This document shows, piece by piece, positions 17,031 to 28,528 of a stretch of DNA of 63,660 bases. This DNA comes from Acidimicrobiales bacterium (GTDB taxonomy: Bacteria; Actinomycetota; Acidimicrobiia; Acidimicrobiales; VFJN01), in the NCBI GenBank assembly GCA_046598715.1, contig JBKJIE010000097.1, positions 1 to 63,660 on the forward strand, read 5' to 3'. Under the pieces are notes generated by a model. It made no database searches, was not told where the DNA came from, and saw only the letters and a program-made list of their open reading frames with translations. The position numbers and the translations under genes are program-made. Position 1 is the first letter of the stretch. Each line of letters starts with the position of its first letter.

Positions 17031-18899
17031 TCAGGCGACGTCGGTGACCGGTGCGGCGAACTGCGCGTTGTACAAGGTTGCGTAGGCGCCACCCGAGGCG
17101 AGCAGCCGGGTGTGGTCCCCCTGCTCGACGATGTGACCGCCGTCCATCACGAGGATCGTGTCGGCATCACGGATGGTGGAGAGCCGATGCGCGATCACGA
17201 AGCTCGTCCGCTGCGAGCGCAGCCGGGCCATGGCGTGCTGGATGAGCACCTCGGTTCGGGTGTCGACCGAGCTGGTGGCCTCGTCGAGGATCAAGATCGA
17301 CGGGTCGGCGAGGAAGGCACGGGCGATCGTGATGAGCTGCTTCTCGCCTGCGCTCACCGTGGACCCCTCGTCGTCGATGACCGTGTCGTAGCCATCGGGC
17401 AGGGCGTGCACGAACCGGTCGACGTAGGTGGCCCGGGCCGCCTCCAGCAGCTGCGCCTCCGTGGCCTCGAGGTTTCCGTAGGCGATGTTGTCGCGGATCG
17501 TTCCGCTGAAGAGCCACGTGTCCTGGAGCACCATGCCCAGCTGTGATCGCAGGGCGCGGCGAGGCATCTCAGCGATGTCGTGGCCGTCGATCGTGATCCG
17601 CCCACCGTCGATCTCGTAGAAGCGCATCAGCAGGTTGACGAGGGTGGTCTTGCCCGCCCCTGTGGGGCCCACGATCGCGATGGTCTGGCCGGGTTCAGCA
17701 ACGAGCGACAGATCGGTGATGAGCGGCTTGGCCGGGTTGTAGGAGAACGAGACCTGTTGGAACTCCACGCGCCCGCGAGGCCCGGAGCCGTTCGTGGCGA
17801 CGTCGACATCGGGCGTCTGCTCTTCCGCATCGAGGAGCTCGAAGACGCGCTCGGCAGACGCCACGCCCGACTGGAGCAGGTTCACCATCGACGCCAGCTG
17901 GGTGAGCGGCATCGTGAACTGACGCGAGTACTGGATGAACGCCTGCACATCGCCGAGCGTCATCGCACCGGATGCGACACGTAGCCCGCCCACGACAGCG
18001 ACGGCCACGAACCCGAGGTTGCCGACCAGCATCATCGACGGCTGGATCACGCCGCTGACGAACTGGGCGCGGAAGCTGGCGACGTAGAGCTCCTCGTTCG
18101 TGCTCCGGAACCGCTCCTCCACCTCGCGCTGCCGTCCGAACGCCTTGACGATCGTGTGGCCGGTGAACGCCTCCTCGATCTGCGCGTTCAACGTGCCCGT
18201 GTGGCGCCACTGCTCCACGAAGCGCCGCTTCGATCGCGTGGTGATGCCGCGCATCGTCAAGATCGAGGTGGGCACCGACACGATGGCCACGAGGGCCAGC
18301 ACCGGCGAGATCACCAGCATCATCGTGAGGATCCCGACGAGCGACAGGATCGAGTTGAGCATCTGGCTCAGCGTCTGCTGAAGGCTCTGGGCGATGTTGT
18401 CGATGTCGTTCGTGACCCGGCTGAGGAGGTCGCCGCGCTCGTTGCGGTCGACGTAGCCGAGCGGCAAGCGGTTGAGCTTGTCCTCCACGTCGGCGCGGAG
18501 CCGGTACATCGTGCGCTGCACGATCCCCGCGAGCAGGTAGGCGCTCAGGTACGTGAGGCCGGCTGACGTCGCGAACAGCGCGACGGCCAGCTCCAACGTG
18601 TGGTGCAGCGATCGGAAGTCGATGCCCGTCGGCGACATCAGCCCGCGCACGATCACATCGGTGGCATGCCCGAGGATGCGGGGCCCGACCACCGACATCG
18701 ACACGCTCCCCACCGCCAGCACCACCACAGCAACGAGCCCGGCCCGCTCACGGCGGAGCCGCTTGACCAAGCGGCGGGTGGCGGTACCGAAGTCGTTTGA
18801 CCGCTCCATCGGCATGCCGAGGGTGCCGAAGCGCATGCCTGGCCCTGGACCGGCGGGCTGGGGCGGGCGAGGCGCGGCGGCGCCGTCGTTGTCGGTCAT
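17031..18899 (-). CDS. ABC transporter ATP-binding/permease protein (exporter half-transporter)
   Basis: Six-TM domain, then GPTGAGKTT, LSAGEKQL and ILILDEATS. Confidence 0.93.
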   Translation of the reverse strand: MTDNDGAAAPRPPQPAGPGPGMRFGTLGMPMERSNDFGTATRRLVKRLRRERAGLVAVVVLAVGSVSMSVVGPRILGHATDVIVRGLMSPTGIDFRSLHHTLELAVALFATSAGLTYLSAYLLAGIVQRTMYRLRADVEDKLNRLPLGYVDRNERGDLLSRVTNDIDNIAQSLQQTLSQMLNSILSLVGILTMMLVISPVLALVAIVSVPTSILTMRGITTRSKRRFVEQWRHTGTLNAQIEEAFTGHTIVKAFGRQREVEERFRSTNEELYVASFRAQFVSGVIQPSMMLVGNLGFVAVAVVGGLRVASGAMTLGDVQAFIQYSRQFTMPLTQLASMVNLLQSGVASAERVFELLDAEEQTPDVDVATNGSGPRGRVEFQQVSFSYNPAKPLITDLSLVAEPGQTIAIVGPTGAGKTTLVNLLMRFYEIDGGRITIDGHDIAEMPRRALRSQLGMVLQDTWLFSGTIRDNIAYGNLEATEAQLLEAARATYVDRFVHALPDGYDTVIDDEGSTVSAGEKQLITIARAFLADPSILILDEATSSVDTRTEVLIQHAMARLRSQRTSFVIAHRLSTIRDADTILVMDGGHIVEQGDHTRLLASGGAYATLYNAQFAAPVTDVA

Positions 18900-20626
18900 G
18901 CCGCCGCCTCCGCGATCTGCGACTCCACGATCTCGGCGTAGGTGGGACAGGTGGTGAGCAGCTCGTCGTGGCTCCCGAGGCCGACGGTGCGCCCCTCGTC
19001 GAGCACGAGGATCTGATCGGCCTGCGAGATGGTGGATACGCGCTGGGCGACGACGATCACCGTGGCATCCCGCGTGTAGGGGCCGAGTGCAGCGCGCAGT
19101 CGCGCATCGGTGGCGAGGTCGAGGGCGGAGAAGGAGTCGTCGAACAGGTAGATCTCGGGGCGGCGAACCAGGGCCCGCGCCATCGCGAGCCGCTGGCGCT
19201 GTCCGCCGGACACGTTGGAACCGCCCTGGGCGATGGGGGCGTCGAGCCCGCCGGGCATAGCCGTCACGAAGTCGGTTGCCTGGGCCACCTCGAGGGCAGC
19301 CCAGATCTGCTCATCGGTGGCGTCGGGCTCGCCGTAGCGGAGATTGCTGGCCACGGTGCCGGTGAACAGGTACGGCTTCTGCGGCACGAGGCCGATGCGA
19401 TGCCAGAGCAGCTCGGGATCGATCTCCCGGAGGTCGACACCGTCGATCAGCACCGAGCCCGAGGTGACGTCGAACAGGCGGGCCACCAGGTTGATCAGGC
19501 TCGTCTTGCCGGAGCCCGTGCTGCCGACGATGGCCGTGGTCTGGCCGGCCAGCGACGTGAAGCTGATGTCGGACAGCACCGGCGCCTCCGCGCCCGGGTA
19601 GTGGAAGCCCACCCCGCGCAGCTCGAGCGACCCGCGACCGTCGATCTCCATGACCGGCGACGACGAGGCCCGCACCGACGACTCGGTGTCCAGCACCTCC
19701 TGGATCCGGTCGGCGCAGACGGCGGCCCGAGGGACCATGAGGGCCACGATCGTGGCCATGGTCACGGCCACGAGGATCAGCGCGAAGTAGCTGAGGAACG
19801 CCACCAGCGAGCCCAGCGACATCGCGCCCGACGAGATGCGGCCGGCGCCGAGCCAGATGACCGCGACGCTCGACCCGTTGATGAACAGAGCCACGGTGGG
19901 GAACATGAGCGCCATCAGCCGACCGGCCAGCAGAGAGGTCTCCGTGAGGTCGCTGTTCACCTCGTGGAAGCGGGCGGTCTCCTCCGGCTCTCGCACGAAG
20001 GCACGCACGACTCGCATCCCGACGATCTGCTCCCGCAGCACCGCGTTGATCCGATCGATCCGCTCCTGCATGCGCCGGAACTGCGGGACCATGCGGGCGA
20101 TGATCAGCCCGAGCGCGACGAGCAGCAGTGGCAGGCTCACCGCGAGGAGCCACGCCAGCCCACGATCCTGGCGCAGCGCGAGCACCACGCCGCCGAGAAC
20201 GGTCATCGGCGCGACGACCAGCATCGTGCAACCCATCACCACGAGCATCTGCACCTGCTGCACGTCGTTCGTGATCCGTGTGATCAACGACGGCGAGCCG
20301 AACAGGTTGACCTCTTTGGCCGAGAACGCCGTCACTCGGTGGAAGAGCTCGCCTCGCACGTCCCGACCGAAGGCCATCGCGGCGCGCGCACCGCAGTAGA
20401 CCGCCCCGATGGCGAAGACCACCTGGGCCGCGGTGATGGCGAGCATGAGCGTGCCGATCGACCAGATGTGGTCGGTGTCGCCGCGCAGGATGCCCTTGTC
20501 GATGATGTCGGCGTTGAGCGTCGGCAGGGCCAGCGAGGCGCCGGCCTGCACCGCCTGGAGCACGAGCACGCCGATGAGCCACGAGCGGTGGGGTCGGAGG
20601 TAGGTGGTGAGCAGTCGGCGCAACAT
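18896..20626 (-). CDS. ABC transporter ATP-binding/permease protein (exporter half-transporter)
   Basis: TM domain, then GSTGSGKTS, VSGGQRQR and IYLFDDSFSALD. A 4-nt ATGA overlap with the downstream partner implies a heterodimer. Confidence 0.93.
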   Translation of the reverse strand: MLRRLLTTYLRPHRSWLIGVLVLQAVQAGASLALPTLNADIIDKGILRGDTDHIWSIGTLMLAITAAQVVFAIGAVYCGARAAMAFGRDVRGELFHRVTAFSAKEVNLFGSPSLITRITNDVQQVQMLVVMGCTMLVVAPMTVLGGVVLALRQDRGLAWLLAVSLPLLLVALGLIIARMVPQFRRMQERIDRINAVLREQIVGMRVVRAFVREPEETARFHEVNSDLTETSLLAGRLMALMFPTVALFINGSSVAVIWLGAGRISSGAMSLGSLVAFLSYFALILVAVTMATIVALMVPRAAVCADRIQEVLDTESSVRASSSPVMEIDGRGSLELRGVGFHYPGAEAPVLSDISFTSLAGQTTAIVGSTGSGKTSLINLVARLFDVTSGSVLIDGVDLREIDPELLWHRIGLVPQKPYLFTGTVASNLRYGEPDATDEQIWAALEVAQATDFVTAMPGGLDAPIAQGGSNVSGGQRQRLAMARALVRRPEIYLFDDSFSALDLATDARLRAALGPYTRDATVIVVAQRVSTISQADQILVLDEGRTVGLGSHDELLTTCPTYAEIVESQIAEAAA

Positions 20627-20764
20627 GAGGTCAGGGGCCGATCGGCATGCGCCGGTCCTGCCCGGCGCCGACGCTACAGGTGAGGTCTGATCCCTCTGCC
20701 AATCGCACGGGGCGGCGAGATGTCCGGAGTGCAGCGGTTTGGGCCGTCAGGCCGCGGGATCGGG

Positions 20765-21835
20765 TCAGCCGAAGATGGCGCTCAGCTCGGCCGGAGCCAC
20801 CTCGTCGAGCTGCGCGTAGGTGCACGACTCGGGGGTTCGGTCGGGGCGGAAGCGCACGAGGCGACCGCCGTGGCGGAACCGACCCCCGAGCACATGCTCG
20901 TAGCGGACCTCGGCCACCAGCTCCGGACGCAACGGCTCCCACGAGAGGTCCTTCTGCGCGTTCCAGCGGCTCACGCCTCCGGGCATGCGACCGTCGGCTT
21001 GCGCGGCGGCCTGGTGGTCGGCCCACTCGCGCCACGGGTGGCCGTCGAGCGCTCGCTCGCGCAACGGCGCGAGCTCGTCGACAAGCTCGCGGCGGCGGGC
21101 GGCGGTGAAGCTGCTGGCGACACCGACGTGATGGAGCGCGCCGCCCTCGTCGTGCAGCCCCAGGAGCAGCGAGCCCACACCTTCGCCATCCTTGTGCCAG
21201 CGGAAGCCGGCGACGACGCAGTCGGCCGTGCGCTCGTGCTTCACCTTCCACATCGCTCGCTTGTCCTGCAGGTACGGCAGGTCGGCGGGCTTGGCCATCA
21301 CGCCATCGAAGCCGGCGCCCTCGAAGCGGGTGAACCAGTCCTCGGCCACGTCAGGGTCGTCGGTGGTGGGCGTGAGGTGCACGCGAGCCAGGTGACCACC
21401 CAGCACCCCTTCGAGCAGTCGGCGGCGCTCGTGGAAGGGCTCAGCGGTGAGGTCGCGGTCACCGAGCGCGAGGAGGTCGAAGGCTACGAAGCTGGCTGGC
21501 GTCTCCTCCGCCAGCTTGCGGACGCGCGAGTCGGCCGGGTGGAGCCGCTGCTGCAGGGTGTCGAAGTCGAGACCGTCGTCGGTGACGACCACGATCTCGC
21601 CGTCGACGACGCAACGCGCCGGGAGCGCGGCGCGTAGCAGCGCGACCAGCTCAGGGAAGTAGCGAGTGAGCGGGCGGTCGTTGCGCGATCCCAGCTCGAG
21701 CTCGTCACCGTCGCGGAAGACGATGCATCGAAAGCCGTCCCACTTCGGCTCGAACCGCAGCCCTGCATCGCGCGGCACGGCGTGGACGGCCTTCGCGAGC
21801 ATCGGCTTCACCGGCGGCATGACGGGCAGGTCCAT
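20765..21835 (-). CDS. ATP-dependent DNA ligase (LigC/LigD ligase-domain type)
   Basis: Adenylation motif FEPKWDGFR, plus DGEIVV and DGVMAK. The Met at 21835 (MDLPVMPPVKPMLA) is preferred. Confidence 0.9.
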   Translation of the reverse strand: MDLPVMPPVKPMLAKAVHAVPRDAGLRFEPKWDGFRCIVFRDGDELELGSRNDRPLTRYFPELVALLRAALPARCVVDGEIVVVTDDGLDFDTLQQRLHPADSRVRKLAEETPASFVAFDLLALGDRDLTAEPFHERRRLLEGVLGGHLARVHLTPTTDDPDVAEDWFTRFEGAGFDGVMAKPADLPYLQDKRAMWKVKHERTADCVVAGFRWHKDGEGVGSLLLGLHDEGGALHHVGVASSFTAARRRELVDELAPLRERALDGHPWREWADHQAAAQADGRMPGGVSRWNAQKDLSWEPLRPELVAEVRYEHVLGGRFRHGGRLVRFRPDRTPESCTYAQLDEVAPAELSAIFG

Positions 21836-21928
21836 CGGCGTCGACCCTAGGCGGCGTCCTCGGGCATCCACCTGGCACCTCGCCCGGGGCCCGAACTAGA
21901 ACGTGTTCTACTTCTCGGGAGAGGGTCG

Positions 21929-23152
21929 ATGGACGTAGACGACACGCCAGCCGAGGCCGCTGTCCGCGCAGAAGCGCGGGCATGGCTGGAGTCGGTCGCC
22001 AAGCGGCGCGGCGAGGGGGACGGCGACTGGCGCTCGTTCCGCGCCAAGACCGACGAGCAGGACGCCGCCCACCTCGAGATGGCCAAGGCCTGGCAGCGCA
22101 CCAAGTTCGAAGCCGGCTGGGCCGCCATCCACTGGCCGGTCGAGCACGGCGGGCGGGGTCAGACCGGCATCGAGGCGGGCGTCTTCTCGGAGGAGGAGAG
22201 TCGCTTCGACGTGTCGGCTCGCTTCTTCGTGGTGGGCATCGACATGGCCGGGCCAACCCTCATGGCCCACGGCACCGCCGAGCAGCAGAAGCGGTTCCTC
22301 GAACCGATGCTGCGCGGCGACGAGGTGTGGTGCCAGCTCTTCAGCGAGCCCGGTGCCGGATCCGACCTCGCGTCACTCTCGACCGGCGCCGTGCGCGACG
22401 GCGACGAGTGGGTGCTCACGGGGCAGAAGGTGTGGACGTCCTCTGCGCACACGTCCGACTGGGCGATCTGCCTCGCCCGCACCGATCCCGACGCGCCCAA
22501 GCACGCGGGCATCACGTACTTCCTCGTGGACATGCGGGCGGCCGGCGTGGAGGTGCGAGGGCTGCGACAGATCGACGACGCCATCCACTTCAACGAGGTG
22601 TTCCTCGACGAGGTGCGTGTGCCCCACGATCACGTCGTCGGTGAGGTGGGCGGGGGATGGCGGGTGGCCATGACCACGCTGACCGCCGAGCGGACCACGA
22701 TCGGCGAAGGAGGCCAGACCGGCTGGCGTGACGTCGCCGAGCTGGCGCGCCGCCTGGGTCGGGCCGACGACCCGGTCCTCCGTCAGGAGATCGCTCGGCT
22801 CCACACACGCGAGCTGATCCAACGGTGGATCGTCTACCGCGTGCGCACCGCCGCGGCGAAGGGTGTCGCTCCAGGCCCCGAGGCGGCCGTGCTGAAGCTC
22901 GTGAACAGCCATCAGGTGGAGCACGTCGGCGCGGTGCTCATGGCGACCCTGGGCGCGCTGGGCACGCTCTGGCACGACGCCGCGCCCGACGGCGGCTTCT
23001 GGCAGGACGTGTTCCTGTTCCAGTGGTCGAGCCGCATCGGTGGAGGCACCGAGAACATCCAGCGCAACATCATCGGCGAACGCGTCCTGGGTCTCCCCCG
23101 CGAGCCCGATCCGCTCAAGGGCCTCCCCTGGAGCGCACTTCCCAAGGCCTGA
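21929..23152 (+). CDS. Acyl-CoA dehydrogenase
   Basis: QLFSEPGAGSDLASL, DGDEWVLTGQKVWTS and IGGGTENIQRNIIGERVLGLP. Confidence 0.9.
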   Translation: MDVDDTPAEAAVRAEARAWLESVAKRRGEGDGDWRSFRAKTDEQDAAHLEMAKAWQRTKFEAGWAAIHWPVEHGGRGQTGIEAGVFSEEESRFDVSARFFVVGIDMAGPTLMAHGTAEQQKRFLEPMLRGDEVWCQLFSEPGAGSDLASLSTGAVRDGDEWVLTGQKVWTSSAHTSDWAICLARTDPDAPKHAGITYFLVDMRAAGVEVRGLRQIDDAIHFNEVFLDEVRVPHDHVVGEVGGGWRVAMTTLTAERTTIGEGGQTGWRDVAELARRLGRADDPVLRQEIARLHTRELIQRWIVYRVRTAAAKGVAPGPEAAVLKLVNSHQVEHVGAVLMATLGALGTLWHDAAPDGGFWQDVFLFQWSSRIGGGTENIQRNIIGERVLGLPREPDPLKGLPWSALPKA

Positions 23153-23186
23153 CACGCGGCACCCCCCGACCCCTCCCCACCCCCTC

Positions 23187-23236
23187 GACCTCGCGACGAA
23201 CGAGCCACAAAGCTGTGGCCAGTTCGTCGCGAGGTC
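23187..23236. terminator. Composite two-tier hairpin at a convergent gene junction
   Basis: gacctcgcgacgaac pairs with gttcgtcgcgaggtc (15 bp). These arms enclose gccaca-aagc-tgtggc (6 bp). It lies between the ACAD stop (23152) and the deacylase stop (23276). Confidence 0.5.
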
Positions 23237-23275
23237 AGATGGATGGACGACCGCAGGTGGCGACGGCGCAGGTGG

Positions 23276-24967
23276 TCAGAAGCGGACGAGGCGGCCTGGG
23301 CGCTCGCCGGTGGGCTCGCCGCGCTCGAAGGTGACCTGGCCGGCCACCAGCGTGGCGACGTAGCCGTCCGCCTTCTGGATCAGTCGACGACCGCCGGCCG
23401 GGAGGTCGAACACCATCTCCGGCGCGTGCAGCGCCATGCCGTCGAGGTCGATCAGGTTGAGGTCGGCGCGCAGCCCAGGAGCGACAACCCCGCGATCAGT
23501 GAAGCCGTAGGCCGCCGCCGTGCGAGACGTCTGGAGGCTGATCGCCTCCTCGAGACCGATGCGGGCGCCGCGGGTACGGCCGTTCACCCAGTGGGTGAGC
23601 AGGTAGCTCGGCATGCTGACATCGCAGATGAGGCCGCAGTGGGCGCCGCCGTCGGACAGACCCAACGTGGTGGCCGGATGGGTGATCATCTCTCGGATGG
23701 CCTCGTGATCGTGGTCGACGTAGCTGGCCAGCGGCGCGAACAGGAAGGCCTTGCCACCCTGCTCGAGCAACCAGTCGAGCGCGACCTCTTGGGGGGTGAC
23801 GCCTCGACGCGCCGCCACGCTCTCGATGCTGGCTTCCGACGGGGGCTCATAGTCGGGCGGATCGCCGAGCGGGAAGATCTGCCCCCACCGCTGCATGAGG
23901 CCACGCGCGATGGCGTTCTGCGTCGACGGCTCCTCGGCCAGCAGGGCGGCGCGCACCTCGGGCTGCGCGAGGCGAGCCGCCCGCTCCGCCAACGGCAGGT
24001 CGGCCACCTGCCGATAGGTGGGGTGGGTGGAGAACGGGTGCAGCGACGACTGCAGGCCGAACAGCATCCCGGTGGGCCTCGTCGACACCTGCGGGATGAT
24101 GCGCCGGCCGACGGCCTTGTCGGCGGCCGCTGCTGCCAGCGACTCCCGCCACGCTTCGGGCATGTAGGGCGCCTGCGCGAGCGCGTAGGTGGCGGTGGCA
24201 CCAGTGCGCTCGACGAGGTCCACCAGCCACGCGCGGTCGCCGGCGCCACCCTGCTGATCGGACACGAACTGGAAGACGCCGTGGCCGGCGCGACCGACGG
24301 CGTCGCCGAGGGCGAGCAGCTCGTCGGGGGCGGCGTTCGTGCCGGGGACGAGGCCGTACTTCGAGCTGTGCAGGATCGTGCGGCTGGTGGTCACGCCGCA
24401 GGCGCCCGCCCGCAGCCCCTCCTCGGCCAGCCTGGCCATCGAGGCGATGTCCTCGGGGGTGGCGTCCTGCTCGTGCGCCCGCTCGCCCATCACGTAGGCG
24501 CGCAGCGCCGCGTGGGGCACCTGGGCGGCCACGTCGATGGCGCGGGGCGTCTTGTCCAGGGCATCGAGGTACTCGGGGAAGCTCTCCCAGTCCCAGGCGA
24601 TCCCCTCGTGAAGCGCGGAGCCGGGGATGTCCTCGACCCCCTCCATCAGCTCGATGAGGAAGGCCTCGCCACCGGGTCGAACCGGGGCGAACCCGACGCC
24701 GCAGTTGCCCATCACGACGGTGGTAACGCCGTGCCAGCTCGACGGCGTGAGCTCCGGATCCCACGTGACCTGGCCGTCGTAGTGGGTGTGGATGTCGACC
24801 CAGCCCGGCGCCACGACGAGTCCGTCGGCGTCGACCTCGCGCCTGCCGCGCTCGTCGACGACGCCCACCTCGGTGATGCGACCATCGTCCACAGCGACGT
24901 CGGCGATGACCGCTGGCGCCCCCGTGCCGTCGACCACGGTGCCCCCGCGGATCACGAGCTCATGCAT
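23276..24967 (-). CDS. N-acyl-D-amino-acid deacylase family amidohydrolase
   Basis: N-terminal [13 protein letters not shown]...[12 protein letters not shown]...[10 protein letters not shown] signature; 563 aa. Confidence 0.88.
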   Translation of the reverse strand: MHELVIRGGTVVDGTGAPAVIADVAVDDGRITEVGVVDERGRREVDADGLVVAPGWVDIHTHYDGQVTWDPELTPSSWHGVTTVVMGNCGVGFAPVRPGGEAFLIELMEGVEDIPGSALHEGIAWDWESFPEYLDALDKTPRAIDVAAQVPHAALRAYVMGERAHEQDATPEDIASMARLAEEGLRAGACGVTTSRTILHSSKYGLVPGTNAAPDELLALGDAVGRAGHGVFQFVSDQQGGAGDRAWLVDLVERTGATATYALAQAPYMPEAWRESLAAAAADKAVGRRIIPQVSTRPTGMLFGLQSSLHPFSTHPTYRQVADLPLAERAARLAQPEVRAALLAEEPSTQNAIARGLMQRWGQIFPLGDPPDYEPPSEASIESVAARRGVTPQEVALDWLLEQGGKAFLFAPLASYVDHDHEAIREMITHPATTLGLSDGGAHCGLICDVSMPSYLLTHWVNGRTRGARIGLEEAISLQTSRTAAAYGFTDRGVVAPGLRADLNLIDLDGMALHAPEMVFDLPAGGRRLIQKADGYVATLVAGQVTFERGEPTGERPGRLVRF

Positions 24968-24976
24968 CTAGCCCCC

Positions 24977-25032
24977 TCTGTGTTCGTTCTCTGCGCAGTC
25001 AGCCACGCCTGGCGTGGCTGCGTGCGCACAGA
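24977..25032. repeat. REP-like palindromic element, copy 2 (decayed, left arm interrupted)
   Basis: The right arm gcgtggctgcgtgcgcacaga is intact. The left arm tctgtg[ttcgttctc]tgcgcag[t]cagccacgc carries insertions. It sits in a divergent spacer. Confidence 0.55.
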
Positions 25033-25090
25033 TCATGTCGGTTCTTGACCGGTCGGTCTAGTTTTCGGCGGGACGGGCCGCGCCACTACC

Positions 25091-26655
<1,565 letters not shown>

Positions 26656-26656
<1 letters not shown>

Positions 26657-26832
26657 TGGAGATCTCGCCTACACCCACCGATGAGGAGGCGGCTGCGATC
26701 GCGGCCGCCATCGAGGTGGCTTGGCCGCGCGCCGGGATGGCGGCGAGCCCGGTCGTCGAGCCGCCCCGATGGCGCTTCGCCGGACGCTGGTGGAGCAAGC
26801 CCATCGCCGCCCGCCGCGACCGCCCCTGGTAG
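26656..26832 (+). CDS. Acyl-CoA carboxylase epsilon subunit (58 aa, absent from the ORF track)
   Basis: My translation is MEISPTPTDEEAAAIAAAIEVAWPRAGMAASPVVEPPRWRFAGRWWSKPIAARRDRPW. The ATG overlaps the pccB stop (TGATG). An EEAAAI helix plus a basic W-rich tail is typical of epsilon subunits. Confidence 0.7.
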
Positions 26833-26848
26833 CGATCGCGCCAGCGCC

Positions 26849-27487
26849 ATGGGCGAGTGCGTAGCCTCACGAGCCGTGAGCGACTTCCCTCCCCCGCCCC
26901 CGCCCAGCGTCCCTCCTCCGCCCCCGCCCGGCGGCTTCGGTGCACCACCGCCGCCGGGCTACACCACCACCTACGGCACGCCCAGCGCGGTCACGATGCA
27001 GTACGCCGGGTTCTGGGCGCGCTTCGCAGCTGCGCTGATCGACGGCATCATCACCTCGCTGTTGTTCGTGCCGGCGGTCATCGCCTTCGCGGCGGGCCCG
27101 AGGAAGATCACGTCGTGCTCCATCGACTCGTCGGGCAACGTCACCGTCGGCGAGCAGATCAACGGGCTCTGCAAGGTGCCCACCGCCGGCACGATCGGCG
27201 CAGGCCTCCTGCTGGGGCTCGTCGGTCTCGTGCTGGTGGTGCTCTACTACGCCAAGCTCGAAGGTGGCCCGAGCGGTCAGACGATCGGCAAGAAGGCCCT
27301 GGGCATCCGCGTCGCCGACGCGACCACCGGCGGGCCGATCGGATCGGGACGCGCACTCGGCCGCTACCTGTTCAAGACCTTCATCTCTGGGAACGTCTGC
27401 GCCCTCGGGTACCTCTGGATGCTGTGGGACGGTCGCAAGCAGACGTGGCACGACAAGGTGGTCACTTCCGTCGTCGTCAAAGCCTGA
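26849..27487 (+). CDS. RDD-family membrane protein with a Pro-rich N-terminus
   Basis: YAGFWARFAAALIDGII...GKKALGIRV...WHDKV matches the RDD pattern. An alternative GTG start lies at 26876. Confidence 0.8.
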   Translation: MGECVASRAVSDFPPPPPPSVPPPPPPGGFGAPPPPGYTTTYGTPSAVTMQYAGFWARFAAALIDGIITSLLFVPAVIAFAAGPRKITSCSIDSSGNVTVGEQINGLCKVPTAGTIGAGLLLGLVGLVLVVLYYAKLEGGPSGQTIGKKALGIRVADATTGGPIGSGRALGRYLFKTFISGNVCALGYLWMLWDGRKQTWHDKVVTSVVVKA

Positions 27488-27499
27488 GCATTGGCTTCG

Positions 27500-28504
27500 A
27501 TGGCCGAGCTCACCACCGTCGCGGATGACGAGGCCGTCGTGCACGATGGCGCGTCCGCGCGACGGTACGAGGGGTTGGCGCCCGGCACCCAGCACGAGAT
27601 CGATGGCTTCTCCTTCACCACCCTGCCGCGCCTCGGAGAGCACCTGACCACGTTCGCAACGGTCAACGACGTGCACTTCGGCGAGACGGAGTGCGGCGTC
27701 ATCGATGGCCTCGACATCGGCCCGGTGTTCAGCGTCGAGCCGGGGGACGACCCCTACCCGGAGGTGATGAACCGCGGCGCCATCGCCGAGATGGCCGCCA
27801 TCGATCCCGCTGTCGTGCTCGTCAAAGGCGACCTGACCTGCAACGGCACGGTCGAGGAGTACGAGGCCTTCCTCGCCGCCTACGAGCCTGCCTTCGGCGA
27901 CCGACTCGTGCACGTGCGCGGGAACCACGACGGCTACCACGGCGGCACCTACGCGGCTGCGTCCACCCAACGCATCGACCTGCCCGGCGTCACGCTGGCC
28001 GTGCTCGACACCACCACCCCCGGCCACACGCCCGGACAGGTCACCATCGACCAGCTGACCTGGCTCGACGACCTAGCCGGGACAGCCGACCGACCTGTCC
28101 TCGTGTTCGGCCACCACCACCCCTGGAGCCCCGACTCCCACGAGCGTGCCCACAACTACTTCGGCATCCTTCCGGATGATGCGGAGAGGCTCGTGGCGGT
28201 CGTCGCCCGTCACCCTGGCATCCTGGGCTACTTCGCCGGGCACACCCACCGGAACCGAGTGCGCCACTTCTCGGCCACGGGCGGCCGTCCATGGACGGAG
28301 GTGGCGTGCGTGAAGGACTACCCGGGCACCTGGGCCGAATACCGCGTGTTCGACGGCGGCGTGCTGCAGATCCATCGCCGGATCTCCACACCCGAGGCGC
28401 TGGCGTGGACCGAGCAGACCCGCCACATGTACGCCGACACCTATGCCGGCTACGCCCTCGGCGCGCTGAGCGACCGCTGCTTCGCGATGCCCGCGCCGGC
28501 CTGA
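27500..28504 (+). CDS. Metallophosphoesterase
   Basis: Motifs VNDVHFG, KGDLT, RGNHD, GHHHP and GHTHRN. The track start at 27491 is a TTG. Confidence 0.85.
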   Translation: MAELTTVADDEAVVHDGASARRYEGLAPGTQHEIDGFSFTTLPRLGEHLTTFATVNDVHFGETECGVIDGLDIGPVFSVEPGDDPYPEVMNRGAIAEMAAIDPAVVLVKGDLTCNGTVEEYEAFLAAYEPAFGDRLVHVRGNHDGYHGGTYAAASTQRIDLPGVTLAVLDTTTPGHTPGQVTIDQLTWLDDLAGTADRPVLVFGHHHPWSPDSHERAHNYFGILPDDAERLVAVVARHPGILGYFAGHTHRNRVRHFSATGGRPWTEVACVKDYPGTWAEYRVFDGGVLQIHRRISTPEALAWTEQTRHMYADTYAGYALGALSDRCFAMPAPA

Positions 28505-28528
28505 CTCGCAGCCCCGCCACCAGCCAGG

